Virus record (IMG/VR): IMGVR_UViG_3300032233_001741
Span: 1-36,278 of that record
Direction: 5' to 3' (one strand)
DNA length: 36,278 nucleotides
DNA from: a virus
Taxonomy: Duplodnaviria; Caudoviricetes
Shown here piece by piece: positions 7,728 to 17,463 of this stretch. The position numbers and the translations under genes are program-made. The notes beneath the pieces are model-generated. The model was given only the letters and a program-made list of their open reading frames with translations. It was not told the DNA's origin and searched no databases. Within the stretch, counting starts at the first letter, position 1; each line of letters begins with the position of its first letter.

Positions 7728-8681
7728 ATGCCTTTTAGATCTGCTAAGTTTGGATTAAGAACCGCTCTCAGTGATTATCTTTTGAGTGGAAAGGGTAAGA
7801 CACAACACTCCCAGAATATCACAAGAGTTTCTGCAGATGGAGGAACTATTTTTACACCAGGTAATGGATATCGTTATCATATTTTTACCGCACCAGGAAC
7901 TTTACGTGTAGGGAATGGCGGAACTCTTGATTATGTTGTCGTTGGTGGTGGAGGAGGCGGCGGCGGAGGAGGAAGTAGCACTTCTGGCGGAGGTGGTGGT
8001 GGCGCTGGTGGATATGTATCTAATACTGGTGTGCGTTTTAATACTGGCACCTATAATATAACTGTTGGAGGCGGTGGGGCTCAAAACCCTCCTGCAGGAT
8101 CTAGTGCTCCTCTTAGTGCTGGATCTTCTACAACTATTTCTGGTCCAAATATAACTACCATTAGCGCATCCGGAGGTGGAGGTGGAGGTAACTCAAATAA
8201 TGTTCCACAAGTAGGTTTTCCTGGCGCATCTGGTGGAGGTGGCGGATCTGCTGGCATCTATGTAGGTGGAACTGGAATTGCAGGACAAGGTAATCCTGGC
8301 GGAAGCGGTGGACCTAGTACTGGTAATCCTGGCGGCGGTGGTGGCGGTGCTGGATCTCCTGGGACTGGTGGTGTTGCTGGGCCCACAGGAGGTGGTCCTG
8401 GTGGTGTTGGATTACCAGCATTTCAAGGAGACACTGGAATTCCTGCATCTTATGGAACTCCTGGACCACAACCTGGAAGATATTTTGCTGGTGGCGGCGG
8501 TGGATCAAAAAGTGGTAGTGGAGGATCTGGCGGAGGAGGTAATGGAGCACCGCCGACAGCTGCAACACCTGGAACTGCAGGTACTATCAATACTGGCGGT
8601 GGAGGAGGAGGAGCAAATGCTTCAAATGGATCTGGCGGATCTGGTGGATCAGGAATAGTCATTGTCAGATATCTACAATAA
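7728..8681 (+). CDS. Glycine-rich tail-tip/adhesin-like protein
   Basis: YRYHIFTAPG, YVVVGGGGGGG, many polyglycine runs, C-terminal NTGGGGGG...GGSGIVIVRY; strong AAGGAGG SD. Confidence 0.8.
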   Translation: MPFRSAKFGLRTALSDYLLSGKGKTQHSQNITRVSADGGTIFTPGNGYRYHIFTAPGTLRVGNGGTLDYVVVGGGGGGGGGGSSTSGGGGGGAGGYVSNTGVRFNTGTYNITVGGGGAQNPPAGSSAPLSAGSSTTISGPNITTISASGGGGGGNSNNVPQVGFPGASGGGGGSAGIYVGGTGIAGQGNPGGSGGPSTGNPGGGGGGAGSPGTGGVAGPTGGGPGGVGLPAFQGDTGIPASYGTPGPQPGRYFAGGGGGSKSGSGGSGGGGNGAPPTAATPGTAGTINTGGGGGGANASNGSGGSGGSGIVIVRYLQ

Positions 8682-8696
8682 CCATAGAGAGAAACT

Positions 8697-11600
8697 ATGA
8701 CAGTATTCTCCTATACAACTGGGTTAGATAGCCGTAGGATTAGTCTTTACGCTAATGAAACGATTAGCGACTATTCCTCCGTTTTGCTGTCTGATTTTAC
8801 TTTTATAGGAGATCCTGAGTTTAAAATCTCATCATATTCTGAAGAACTTGAAGAACAAAGAGCATATTCATATGATGATTCTGCTGTAGTTGGATTAGAA
8901 TCTACTGATTATGGATTCATTTCCGAATTACATACACTTGATGATGACTTTGGATTAGTTACAGATACCACAAATTATGCATATCAACGTATTGACTATG
9001 GTTTCTTAACTCCAGATACAACTATTAAACCATTTGGTAGTATTGGTAATATCACAGAGTTTGCTGACGTTGCCCTTGTAAGAAACAGTGTTGGTGGCGT
9101 TACTTTTGCAATGTTTGGCGCTGCCAAAATCTTCGTATTACCAATTCATATTGGTAGAGGTTCGTTCCTTGCAAGAGGTGATGCAGCAATTGCATTCTCC
9201 GCACAAATTGTGGGGAGTGGAAAACTCTTTGAATTTAGTAGCTCTGCGGTTACTAAAGCATCCAAACAGGATGGTGCTGGACTCTTCAAACTCACCAGCA
9301 CCTCCACAAATTCTTTCTCACCAGCTTCACATGTTGGATCTGGTTCACTATTTGGACTTTCAAGTTCTACTTACGCAGAATCTAATGCAGAAAAAACGGG
9401 GGTTACAACCCTCTTTAGATTCTCTGGTGGAATTACAAATGAGATATCTGTCAGTTCTTATGCTGGTAGAGGATCTCTATTCTCCTTTATTAGTCATACA
9501 GAGTCTGTAGCATACAGTTATAACGAATCTTCTGTTGTAATTGTTGATTTTGATGACTATGGATTCATTTCGGAATCTCCAGTTGTTGAAGATGATTATC
9601 TAACAATTGGCGATACTGCCCTGAATTATCCATGGCAGTTTGCTAATTATGGATACATCACTGACAATGAAACCAGACTTCCATTTGGAAGATTCCAAAT
9701 CAAGTCTGATAGTGGAATTGTTAATTCACCATCTCCTGTATGTTCCGGAACCATTAAGGTTTCTGGAGAGGCAAAAGTATATGTACTGCCAATTCATATT
9801 GGTTCTGGTGCATTCAGACTTTATACTGCAACAATCCCAGCTTTCTCTCCGAAAGTTATTGGTAAAGGATCGCTATTTGGATTTGGTGGTGGGGCAGAAG
9901 CAACTGCTCCTCAGATTGCTACAACGACAGCTCTCTTCAGAGTTACTGGTCGTGCTGCAGAATCAACTGTTCCAGCAACTCATGTTGGTTCTGGATCTCT
10001 CTTTACCTTCATTAGTAAGACAGAAGTATATGGTGCAAACCCACCAGAATCTATTGCTCTCTTCAAGATCAGTGGTGCTGCTACTAACGAGCAGAGAGCA
10101 TATGGATATAATGGTACTGGATCCCTCTTTGCAATCAGCGGACATGTTGAGAAGGTTTCTTATGCATATAACGAATCTTCTGTTGTTGCTCCAGATTGTC
10201 TGGATTATGGATTCATTTCTGCCGTCCCAGATGATGTTCCAGATCCAGAAGTAGATTGTGGTTTAATATCTGATCTTGATATTCGCCTTCCATGGCAGAA
10301 ATCTGATTATGGATACATCACTGACTTTGAAACCAGACTTCCATACGGAAGATTTGAAATTTCAAATGAAGCACAGACTCCATTCTCTGTGGTTGCCATT
10401 GGATCTGGTAGTATTAGAAATATTACTGGCGAAGCAAGCGTCTACGTCACACCAATTCACCTTGGCAGTGGCAGTGTATTTGTTTCTGGTGCCGTTGAAA
10501 CCAAGTTCCAGATCCGCACATTTGGATCTGGAAGAATGTTTGGATTCGGTAGCAGTGCCGAAGTCATTGGGTCCAATCCTCCAGATTCTACATTACTCTT
10601 CACGATTACTGGTGCTGCTACAAATATTCAGGCATCGTTTGCACATGAAGGTTCTGGAACCATCAATCTTGGCAAGAGTTCCCCAGGTCTTACTGGAGAT
10701 GGATCTCGTGCGATTACGATCTTCAGACTCAAGCATTTTGGTTCTGGATCTCTATTCGCATTTACTGGTTCTGCAGAGTCTACAACAAACAGACCTGTCA
10801 GAGGTATTGAGCTCTTCCGTTTCGTCGGTACTACAGCATATCAAAGGAACTTTAATTACAACGTTTTAGAATCTTCCTTTGGTACAATTAATATTACTGG
10901 CGCGGCAACGAACGTTGAGTTCAGTCGCTATCAAATTGGATCTGGCGAATTTAGAGTTACTGGTTCTGCAACACCAATCTTCAGACTCAAGCACATTGGT
11001 TCCGGTCAGTTCTCTGCCATTACTGGTTCTGCAGAAGTATTTGGTGCCAATCCTCAAGAGAATACGGAACTCTTCAAGATCCATGGATCTTCCACATCTT
11101 CAGAAACAATCAAAGTTCCTGCAACAACAATTGAAGCAAGACTGTTTGGTTCTGCAGTTGAGAAAAATACAGAAGCTTACTCTGGTTCTGGATCTCTATT
11201 TGGTATTGGTGGGTCTTCTCAGATCTTCAAGGTATCTGCGGATGCTTCTGGTCTCTTCAAACTTACTGGTGCTGCTGCAGAATCGGTTATTCCTGCTCCA
11301 CATGTTGGTTCTGGATCCCTCTTTACCTTCATCAGTAAGGCAGAAGTATATGGTGCAAACCCACCAGAATCTACAGCACTCTTCAGAATTACTGGTTCTG
11401 CTACAGAAAGAAATACTGAAGCATATGTTGGTACTGGATCCCTCTTCACCTTCACCAGCGCAACAGAATCTTCTGGAGCAAATCCACCTGTATCTGGACT
11501 ATTTAAGATTGCTGGTTCTGCAGTCGAGAAGAATACTGAAGCATATGTTGGTACTGGATCTCTCTTCACTTTCGTCAGCAAGACAGAATCTGTCAGCAAT

Positions 11601-12257
11601 GCAGAGTCTACAAAGGGTCTCTTCAGAATTACTGGTTCTGTCAGAGTTTATCGCACCTTCCCCAATTACGATGGATCGGGTCGCATCTTTGGATTCTCTG
11701 GTTCTGCAGAATCTTCTGGAGCAAACCCACCAGTATCTGTTCTCTTCAAGATTGCAGGTTCTTCCCAAGAAAGAATATCCGACGCACACGAAGGAACAGG
11801 ATCTCTCTTTACCTTCGTCAGCAAGACAGAAGCAGTTGCTGCAAATCCTCCAGAGCAAACAGCACTCTTCAGAATCAACGGTTCTGCAGATGTTTCGCGT
11901 GTATTCCCAACCTATGTTGGATCTGGTTCCCTCTTTACATTCGTCAGCAAGACAGAATCCTTTGCTGTTGCTCCTCGCGCAGCATCAATATTCACATTCT
12001 CAGGTTCTGCAGTCGAGAAGAATACCGAAGCCTACCGTGGAACGGGTACTTTCTCCACAATTTCTGGTGCTTCTCTATCTTTCCTCTACACTTACGAACT
12101 TACCAAGGTACTATTCCAGTTCAGCAGTGGAGCAGCAGAATCATTTACACCAACAAATTACAACGGATCTGTTCTTCTTGACATTAATGGTAACGTCACT
12201 AACAGTAGATATGTTGTATATGCCCCACCACGTCCAACTAGAATTTATGTGATCTGA
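8697..12257 (+). CDS. Large internally repetitive virion structural protein (1186 aa)
   Basis: Many repeats of about 20/40 aa (Y/HxGSGSLFTF.S.TE...NPP....LFRI.GSA) and three acidic YSY(D/N).S....DYGFIS modules. Confidence 0.8.
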   Translation: MTVFSYTTGLDSRRISLYANETISDYSSVLLSDFTFIGDPEFKISSYSEELEEQRAYSYDDSAVVGLESTDYGFISELHTLDDDFGLVTDTTNYAYQRIDYGFLTPDTTIKPFGSIGNITEFADVALVRNSVGGVTFAMFGAAKIFVLPIHIGRGSFLARGDAAIAFSAQIVGSGKLFEFSSSAVTKASKQDGAGLFKLTSTSTNSFSPASHVGSGSLFGLSSSTYAESNAEKTGVTTLFRFSGGITNEISVSSYAGRGSLFSFISHTESVAYSYNESSVVIVDFDDYGFISESPVVEDDYLTIGDTALNYPWQFANYGYITDNETRLPFGRFQIKSDSGIVNSPSPVCSGTIKVSGEAKVYVLPIHIGSGAFRLYTATIPAFSPKVIGKGSLFGFGGGAEATAPQIATTTALFRVTGRAAESTVPATHVGSGSLFTFISKTEVYGANPPESIALFKISGAATNEQRAYGYNGTGSLFAISGHVEKVSYAYNESSVVAPDCLDYGFISAVPDDVPDPEVDCGLISDLDIRLPWQKSDYGYITDFETRLPYGRFEISNEAQTPFSVVAIGSGSIRNITGEASVYVTPIHLGSGSVFVSGAVETKFQIRTFGSGRMFGFGSSAEVIGSNPPDSTLLFTITGAATNIQASFAHEGSGTINLGKSSPGLTGDGSRAITIFRLKHFGSGSLFAFTGSAESTTNRPVRGIELFRFVGTTAYQRNFNYNVLESSFGTINITGAATNVEFSRYQIGSGEFRVTGSATPIFRLKHIGSGQFSAITGSAEVFGANPQENTELFKIHGSSTSSETIKVPATTIEARLFGSAVEKNTEAYSGSGSLFGIGGSSQIFKVSADASGLFKLTGAAAESVIPAPHVGSGSLFTFISKAEVYGANPPESTALFRITGSATERNTEAYVGTGSLFTFTSATESSGANPPVSGLFKIAGSAVEKNTEAYVGTGSLFTFVSKTESVSNAESTKGLFRITGSVRVYRTFPNYDGSGRIFGFSGSAESSGANPPVSVLFKIAGSSQERISDAHEGTGSLFTFVSKTEAVAANPPEQTALFRINGSADVSRVFPTYVGSGSLFTFVSKTESFAVAPRAASIFTFSGSAVEKNTEAYRGTGTFSTISGASLSFLYTYELTKVLFQFSSGAAESFTPTNYNGSVLLDINGNVTNSRYVVYAPPRPTRIYVI
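9646..10354 (+). repeat. 49-bp direct repeat pair (9646-9694 and 10306-10354) in the acidic modules
   Basis: ATTATGGATACATCACTGAC..TGAAACCAGACTTCCAT..GGAAGATT, 4 mismatches. Confidence 0.85.
9981..11373 (+). repeat. 73-bp direct repeat pair (9981-10053 and 11301-11373)
   Basis: CATGTTGGTTCTGGATC...GGTGCAAACCCACCAGAATCTA, 3 mismatches. Confidence 0.9.
11412..11569 (+). repeat. 38-bp direct repeat pair (11412-11449 and 11532-11569), 120-bp period
   Basis: AATACTGAAGCATATGTTGGTACTGGATC(C/T)CTCTTCAC, 1 mismatch. Confidence 0.9.
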
Positions 12258-12263
12258 TAAATA
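12257..12263 (+). promoter_or_regulatory. T4-like late promoter
   Basis: ATAAATA 22 nt before the ATG at 12286. Confidence 0.55.
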
Positions 12264-12285
12264 AAATTATAATAAAACCTCTGAA

Positions 12286-12735
12286 ATGTCAAATACAAAA
12301 AGAGTACAACTAAGAAAGGGTACGGAGGTAGAACATGCCAGTTTTACTGGTGCTCTTGCTGAAGTAACCGTTGATACTACTAAAAAAGTCATTAGAGTAC
12401 ATGATGGAACTACGGTTGGTGGTTATGAAGTTTCTAAGGCAAGATATGCTGGAATTGCTGTAACTAGCAACTTAAATTCAAATGTGAAGTATCTTGCTGA
12501 TACTACTGGAGGTGAATTTACTGTAACTTTACCATCACTCGTAACTGTAGGAGATTACATAAAGATCATTGATGCAGAATCTTATTGGAGCATAAATAAT
12601 CTTATAGTAAATTCCCAACCAGGACAACAGTTTAAAGATTTTGAGGGACTCGTAGATTCCCCCCTAGTATGTGATGTTTCAGGTGCTTCTGTTGAATTGG
12701 TGTGGGAAGGTTCTTACTGGAGGGTATTTGCATGA
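12286..12735 (+). CDS. Tail-associated protein with an Mtd N-terminal-like domain
   Basis: KRVQLRKGTEVEHASFTGALAEVTVDTTKKVIRVHDGTTVGG resembles the major tropism determinant N-terminal domain. The C-terminal ADTT...TVTLP...VGD.I.IID...WS.NNL domain is shared with 17086-17424. Confidence 0.75.
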   Translation: MSNTKRVQLRKGTEVEHASFTGALAEVTVDTTKKVIRVHDGTTVGGYEVSKARYAGIAVTSNLNSNVKYLADTTGGEFTVTLPSLVTVGDYIKIIDAESYWSINNLIVNSQPGQQFKDFEGLVDSPLVCDVSGASVELVWEGSYWRVFA

Positions 12736-13130
12736 CAATGTTTTTAAGTGGTATATCCGCTTCCTCTGCCGGGGGAAGCAAGACTGTTTCCCAATTAACA
12801 GATTTTTTCGTTCATGCATTACGTAGAGGTGGCGGATCTGCTACTGATACGGATGATGGAATGCTTTGGTATACTAAAGTAAGGTCTACTGATTCCGCTG
12901 AAACCGCTGATTTTCATAGAACTGATGGAACTCAATATCCTGGATTTCTTGATGGAGTTGATTATGTTGATGAAACGACAGAAGATAAAACATATAAGAA
13001 TAACTCAGCAGATAAATATCAACAGTACCGATTTGATTTTAGAAATTTGACTTATTTTATTGATGATGATGGATATTTGGTTGCTCGCCTTGGCAGCAAT
13101 TATGATCATAACACCGCAGGACCTAAGTAA
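12732..13130 (+). CDS. Hypothetical protein, probably virion-associated
   Basis: Start moved to the ATG at 12732 (ATGA overlap with the previous stop): MTMFLSG...KYQQYRFDFRNLTYFIDDDGYLVARL. Confidence 0.75.
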   Translation: MTMFLSGISASSAGGSKTVSQLTDFFVHALRRGGGSATDTDDGMLWYTKVRSTDSAETADFHRTDGTQYPGFLDGVDYVDETTEDKTYKNNSADKYQQYRFDFRNLTYFIDDDGYLVARLGSNYDHNTAGPK

Positions 13131-13144
13131 GGAATTAAAACAAA

Positions 13145-16100
13145 ATGGCTGATTTTAGACTAGGCAGATTAAAATTTAACTGGAGAGGTAACTGGGCACC
13201 AACCACTGCCTATGTTATTGATGATATAGTTAAATTTGGTGCTAACACGTATGTTTGTACCACGAATCATACCTCAGTATCATCAGAAACAACCTGGTAT
13301 GCTACTGATCTTGCTAAGTGGTCTTTACATGTTGAGGGAATTACCAATAGAGGTGATTGGACTCCTGCAACATATTATAAAATTAATGATTTAATTAAGT
13401 TCGGAAATACTCAATATAGAGTTACAACTGGATTTACATCTGGCGGAACATTTAGTTCCTCCAATATGGTCCAGTATTTTGGTGGTTTCAACTTTGAGGC
13501 TGGTTGGAACTCAGGTACTGAATATCAAACAGGCGACGTTGTATCTTACGGTGGATACAACTACATTGCTAAGACAGTAAATACCAATAAGGCACCAAGT
13601 TCATATACATCAGATTGGGATCCACTTACAAATGGATTTACATTTGTTGGTGCATGGAGTACTACTCGCTCATATATTCCTGGTGAAGTTGTAAGATTTG
13701 GTGGTTATTCATACGTTGCAAAAAATAATATTGGTGTTGCAGGAGCAGGGAAAACTACTAGTCCTGTTGCTGTTGGATATGGTACTCAGTGGGATCTGAT
13801 TGTTAAAGGTTTTGATTGGAAGAGTGCATGGTCTTCCCTCACAACCTATGAATTAGGAGATACTGTTTCTAGAAATAGCAATAGCTATGTTAGCGTTGCT
13901 TCTACTAACTTTAACAATTCTCCTGAAACTGATGCCTTAGGTACATATTGGAATCCACTGACAGAAGGTTCAGCAACGAACGTTCTTTCTGCCACTGGCG
14001 ATATGATCTATAAGAGTGGTGCAGGTGCTGCTGCTCTTACAATTGGTACTGCCGGTCAAGTACTTGGTGTTTCAACCACTGGTATTCCTAAGTGGTTAAA
14101 TAACAACACTACTTACCCAGTCTTCTATGTTTCTGAAGAGGGTAATGATTTAAATAATGGTAAGAATATTAGCAATTCATTTGCTACTATTGCTCGTGCT
14201 GTTGGTGTTGCTACAACTGGTCCTGCCACAATTTATGTAAAAGCAGGAACCTATGAAGAGCAATTCCCAATTATTCTTTCTGAAAATGTAACTCTTGTTG
14301 GCGATAACCTCAGAACTTCAAAAATTACTCCTGCTGTAGGTAATTCAAAAACTCAAATTCTGACAATTGATACTGCTTTTAGTGGTAGTATTTCTTATGG
14401 AAGTACTGTTGCTAATGGTGCGGGAACTAAGGTTGCTCGTGTTATGGAAGCAAACTACTTCCAGAATAAGATTGAAATTATGCAGGTAAGTGGTGGAGCA
14501 TGGACCACTTCCGATACTTATGCTCCAAATGGTTCAGTGATTAGTGCAGTTGAAACTCGCACTAACGCTCAGACAACAATGTTCTACTTAAGCAGTGCTA
14601 CGATGCTTAAGGATGTTCTATTTGAAGGTTTGACTGGGTTTTCTCCAGCAGGTGCAGTTCTGACACAGACTGGTACTATTTCTGGAACAATTCTCACTTC
14701 TACTGGATTATATCCAGATCTTGTTGGAACAACTGTTTCTGGGTCTACTGTTTCTCCTGGAAGTAAGGTTGTCAACTTTATTAGTTCAACTCAGGTAGAA
14801 GTTGATATTTCTCAAACAGTTGGATCAACTGCTCTTACATTTACTGCACCTTCCAGTGACATGAATAATGCCACTGTCAAAGGTGTGGCTGTAAGATTGA
14901 ATCCTTCTTCTCCAATCACCAAATCACCATACGTTTCAAACTGTTCCGTATACTCCACTGGTGGAGTTGGAGCAATTGTTGATGGTAAAACTCATGAACA
15001 GTATGATGCTGGTCCTGTAAAATCCAACAAATCTATTGTTTTTGACTCTTGGACCAACATTAACGATGATGGTGTTGCCTTCTGGGTAACAAATAATGGT
15101 GCAGCAGAAATGGTTTCTTGCTTCACTTATTATAACCATATTTCCTACACTTCAACTCGTGGTGGTAGAATTAGATCTCTTGCTGGCAACAGTTCTTGGG
15201 GCAACTATGGTATTGTTTCTTCTGGATATAACCAGTCAGAAGTACCTGCAACAGGTAAAGTTGAAGGACTTACCTTAAAGTATAATGTTGAGACTCTAAC
15301 TTCACCTGGATTCGTTCAGTATGAGAGAGTTCGTGGTGCCACATCAGGTGCTATTGGCATTATTAATTCAGTTCAAACTTCAAGTGCTACAATCTATTAT
15401 ACTCTTGTTACCAAAGGTCCAAACGTTGGAATCAGCTCTGGATTCCTTCAAAATGAAGTAATTCGTGGTTTGACTAGTGGCACAACTGCTAACCTAACGA
15501 ATAATACTGATGCAAACAGAGGACAAAAAGGATTTACTCTGATTACATCAGGACTTACTACCTCTCAGGTATATGAAGGTGGTAGTGTGGAATTTGTTAC
15601 AGGTAATGGATACGGTGGTACTTTATCTGGTATTGGAACTACAATTACTGGTGCAGATCCTTTCTCATATGTCGTCCAGTCAACTTCTTATACTGGTCCA
15701 GATGGTAGGGGTTCAATTGATATTCAGAGAGGTCAATTAACTACAGTTGCTGCAGGTCACACTGGTGGCATTAAGGTTATGAAGAACCTGCCATTTACTG
15801 CAAGCACAACAACACTTTCGGGTGCAGTTGGCGCAGGTGATACTGCAATTCCAGTATCTTCTACTGGTGGATTCCAACAAGGCGGTTATGTTCTTGCTCC
15901 ATCTGGAGAATTGATGCTTATCAATAGTTTCACTGGTGGAACTCAGATTAATGTGACTAGAGCATCCGAAGGAACATCTGCTTCTGGTGTGTCTGCAGGT
16001 GCTGCAATTACTGCTATTGGATTCCCAAATACATTAGCTCCCGAAACACTGAAGGACTTTACAGGTATCTCCACACAAATGAGAGTTACCTCAACTTCAG

Positions 16101-16687
16101 GATTCACGACCACTAACTTTGTAAGAATTGATAATGAAATTGTAAGAATAACTGCAATTCGTCCCGATACTACTGGTACTTTGATTGCTATTCTTGCTGA
16201 CGAAAAACCAAATTATGCATTTGACGAGCAGACTGTGAAAGTTAGATATCTATATTCACAGGTTCGTTTAACAGGTCACGATTTCTTACAACTTGGTACT
16301 GGTAATAAGGCAAATACTAATTGGCCTTCAACGCCACTTTCTAATCCTATTCCTTCAAGAGAAGTTAATGAGAGCTATCCTGGTCGTGTTTACTACGTAT
16401 CCACCGACCAAAATGGTAACTTCCGCGTAGGTAAGTACTTCCGTGTTAACCAGGCAACTGGTAGCGCAACTCTGAATGCTTCTGCGTTCGACTTGTCGGG
16501 TCTTACCTCCTTGAGACTGGGTTCTATTGGTGCTCAGTTGGGTGCTCAAATTAATGAATTCTCTGTTGACGGAACTCTGTCACAGAATAGTAATGAGAAG
16601 GTTGCCACTCAGGCAGCAGTCAAGACTTATGTTGATACTTCAATTCTTAAGTCCAGACCATTCGCATACTGGTTAGCATCTTCTTGA
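13145..16687 (+). CDS. Large tail fibre/appendage protein with N-terminal W-x5-Y carbohydrate-binding-like repeats
   Basis: MADFRLGRLKFNWRGNW start and five W.....Y...(D/E).V..G..SY type repeats. VFYVSEEGNDLNNG...FATIARA...IYVKAGTYEE looks like a beta-helix entry motif. C-terminal VATQAAVKTYVD. Confidence 0.85.
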   Translation: MADFRLGRLKFNWRGNWAPTTAYVIDDIVKFGANTYVCTTNHTSVSSETTWYATDLAKWSLHVEGITNRGDWTPATYYKINDLIKFGNTQYRVTTGFTSGGTFSSSNMVQYFGGFNFEAGWNSGTEYQTGDVVSYGGYNYIAKTVNTNKAPSSYTSDWDPLTNGFTFVGAWSTTRSYIPGEVVRFGGYSYVAKNNIGVAGAGKTTSPVAVGYGTQWDLIVKGFDWKSAWSSLTTYELGDTVSRNSNSYVSVASTNFNNSPETDALGTYWNPLTEGSATNVLSATGDMIYKSGAGAAALTIGTAGQVLGVSTTGIPKWLNNNTTYPVFYVSEEGNDLNNGKNISNSFATIARAVGVATTGPATIYVKAGTYEEQFPIILSENVTLVGDNLRTSKITPAVGNSKTQILTIDTAFSGSISYGSTVANGAGTKVARVMEANYFQNKIEIMQVSGGAWTTSDTYAPNGSVISAVETRTNAQTTMFYLSSATMLKDVLFEGLTGFSPAGAVLTQTGTISGTILTSTGLYPDLVGTTVSGSTVSPGSKVVNFISSTQVEVDISQTVGSTALTFTAPSSDMNNATVKGVAVRLNPSSPITKSPYVSNCSVYSTGGVGAIVDGKTHEQYDAGPVKSNKSIVFDSWTNINDDGVAFWVTNNGAAEMVSCFTYYNHISYTSTRGGRIRSLAGNSSWGNYGIVSSGYNQSEVPATGKVEGLTLKYNVETLTSPGFVQYERVRGATSGAIGIINSVQTSSATIYYTLVTKGPNVGISSGFLQNEVIRGLTSGTTANLTNNTDANRGQKGFTLITSGLTTSQVYEGGSVEFVTGNGYGGTLSGIGTTITGADPFSYVVQSTSYTGPDGRGSIDIQRGQLTTVAAGHTGGIKVMKNLPFTASTTTLSGAVGAGDTAIPVSSTGGFQQGGYVLAPSGELMLINSFTGGTQINVTRASEGTSASGVSAGAAITAIGFPNTLAPETLKDFTGISTQMRVTSTSGFTTTNFVRIDNEIVRITAIRPDTTGTLIAILADEKPNYAFDEQTVKVRYLYSQVRLTGHDFLQLGTGNKANTNWPSTPLSNPIPSREVNESYPGRVYYVSTDQNGNFRVGKYFRVNQATGSATLNASAFDLSGLTSLRLGSIGAQLGAQINEFSVDGTLSQNSNEKVATQAAVKTYVDTSILKSRPFAYWLASS

Positions 16688-16704
16688 GCTAATTTTGTCT
16701 ATCT

Positions 16705-16712
16705 TATAAATA
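16705..16712 (+). promoter_or_regulatory. T4 late promoter consensus
   Basis: Exact TATAAATA upstream of the gene at 16752, which has a GGGGAG SD. Confidence 0.8.
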
Positions 16713-16751
16713 AACATATAAATGATTTTAACTTAAAATTGGGGGAGTTAA

Positions 16752-17069
16752 ATGGCTTCTGGAGTATTGGGGCAAGTATCTCTTGCATCTACAACAAACA
16801 CAACAGTATATACGGTGCCTTCCAGCACAATTTCTTATGTAAACGTTAACGTTTCCAATAGAAATGCTTCTGACGTTGCAGTGCGTGTAGCACTTGCTGC
16901 TACTACAGCGCCTACAAACGCTGAGTATATCGAGTATGAATCCTTCATTGCACCTAATGGTGTTTTGGAAAGAACAGGATTAGTTCTCGAAGCTGGTAGA
17001 AAAGTCATCGCATATTCAAACTCAACAAACGTAAGCGTTAACGTTTACGGTGTCGAACAATCAGTATAA
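16752..17069 (+). CDS. Small fibre-associated beta-sandwich protein
   Basis: MASGVLG...TTVYTVP...VNVSNRN...VRVAL...EYIEYE..IAPNGVLERTGLVL; resembles both N-terminal domains of 26773-27855. Confidence 0.8.
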   Translation: MASGVLGQVSLASTTNTTVYTVPSSTISYVNVNVSNRNASDVAVRVALAATTAPTNAEYIEYESFIAPNGVLERTGLVLEAGRKVIAYSNSTNVSVNVYGVEQSV

Positions 17070-17085
17070 GGAGTAATTAACGAAA

Positions 17086-17424
17086 ATGGGACGCTTTATT
17101 TCCGCTTCTACTTTTACCTCAGAAATTGTAAACGTATCTTCTACGCCTTACACTGCTACTGCTGGTAAAACCTATCTTGTAAACACAACATCTACAGCAA
17201 TCACTCTGAATATTCCTTCAGGTAGTGATGCAAACGTTGGAGACAGAATTGCAATCGTTGATCCTGCTGGTAACTGGTCAACTAATAATGTAACCGTAGG
17301 CATTAACACTCTTACAACAAAGATTGCTAACCTGAACGAAAACCTTGTTCTTAACGTACCTAACAACTCAGTAGAACTTCTTTATAGTGGAACTACTTTT
17401 GGTTGGGTTCTCCTTAATACTTAA
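17086..17424 (+). CDS. Small tail-fibre-associated protein
   Basis: YLVNTTSTAITLNIP...VGDRIAIVD..GNWSTNNVTV...VELLYSGTTFGW; AAGGAG SD. Confidence 0.8.
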   Translation: MGRFISASTFTSEIVNVSSTPYTATAGKTYLVNTTSTAITLNIPSGSDANVGDRIAIVDPAGNWSTNNVTVGINTLTTKIANLNENLVLNVPNNSVELLYSGTTFGWVLLNT

Positions 17425-17463
17425 TTCTTATAGTGAAGAAAATGCTATACATAGGAGTAACCG

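Noticed and set aside
7728-8681. GGN-rich runs as CRISPR or simple repeats, and antisense Pro-rich ORFs
   Set aside because: Fully explained by polyglycine coding; there is no repeat-spacer periodicity.
9088-12252. Long same-strand alternative-frame ORFs (140, 204, 197 and 457 aa) inside the 1186-aa repeat gene
   Set aside because: Their Leu/Val/Gln-rich sequence is what the shifted frame of GGT/TCT/ACT/GCA-biased repetitive codons gives. I saw no SD or promoter support, so they are treated as shadow ORFs.
8697-12735. Possible diversity-generating retroelement (near-identical repeats plus an Mtd-N-like gene)
   Set aside because: No reverse transcriptase is in the window, both copies of each repeat are coding and in frame, and mismatches are not confined to adenines.
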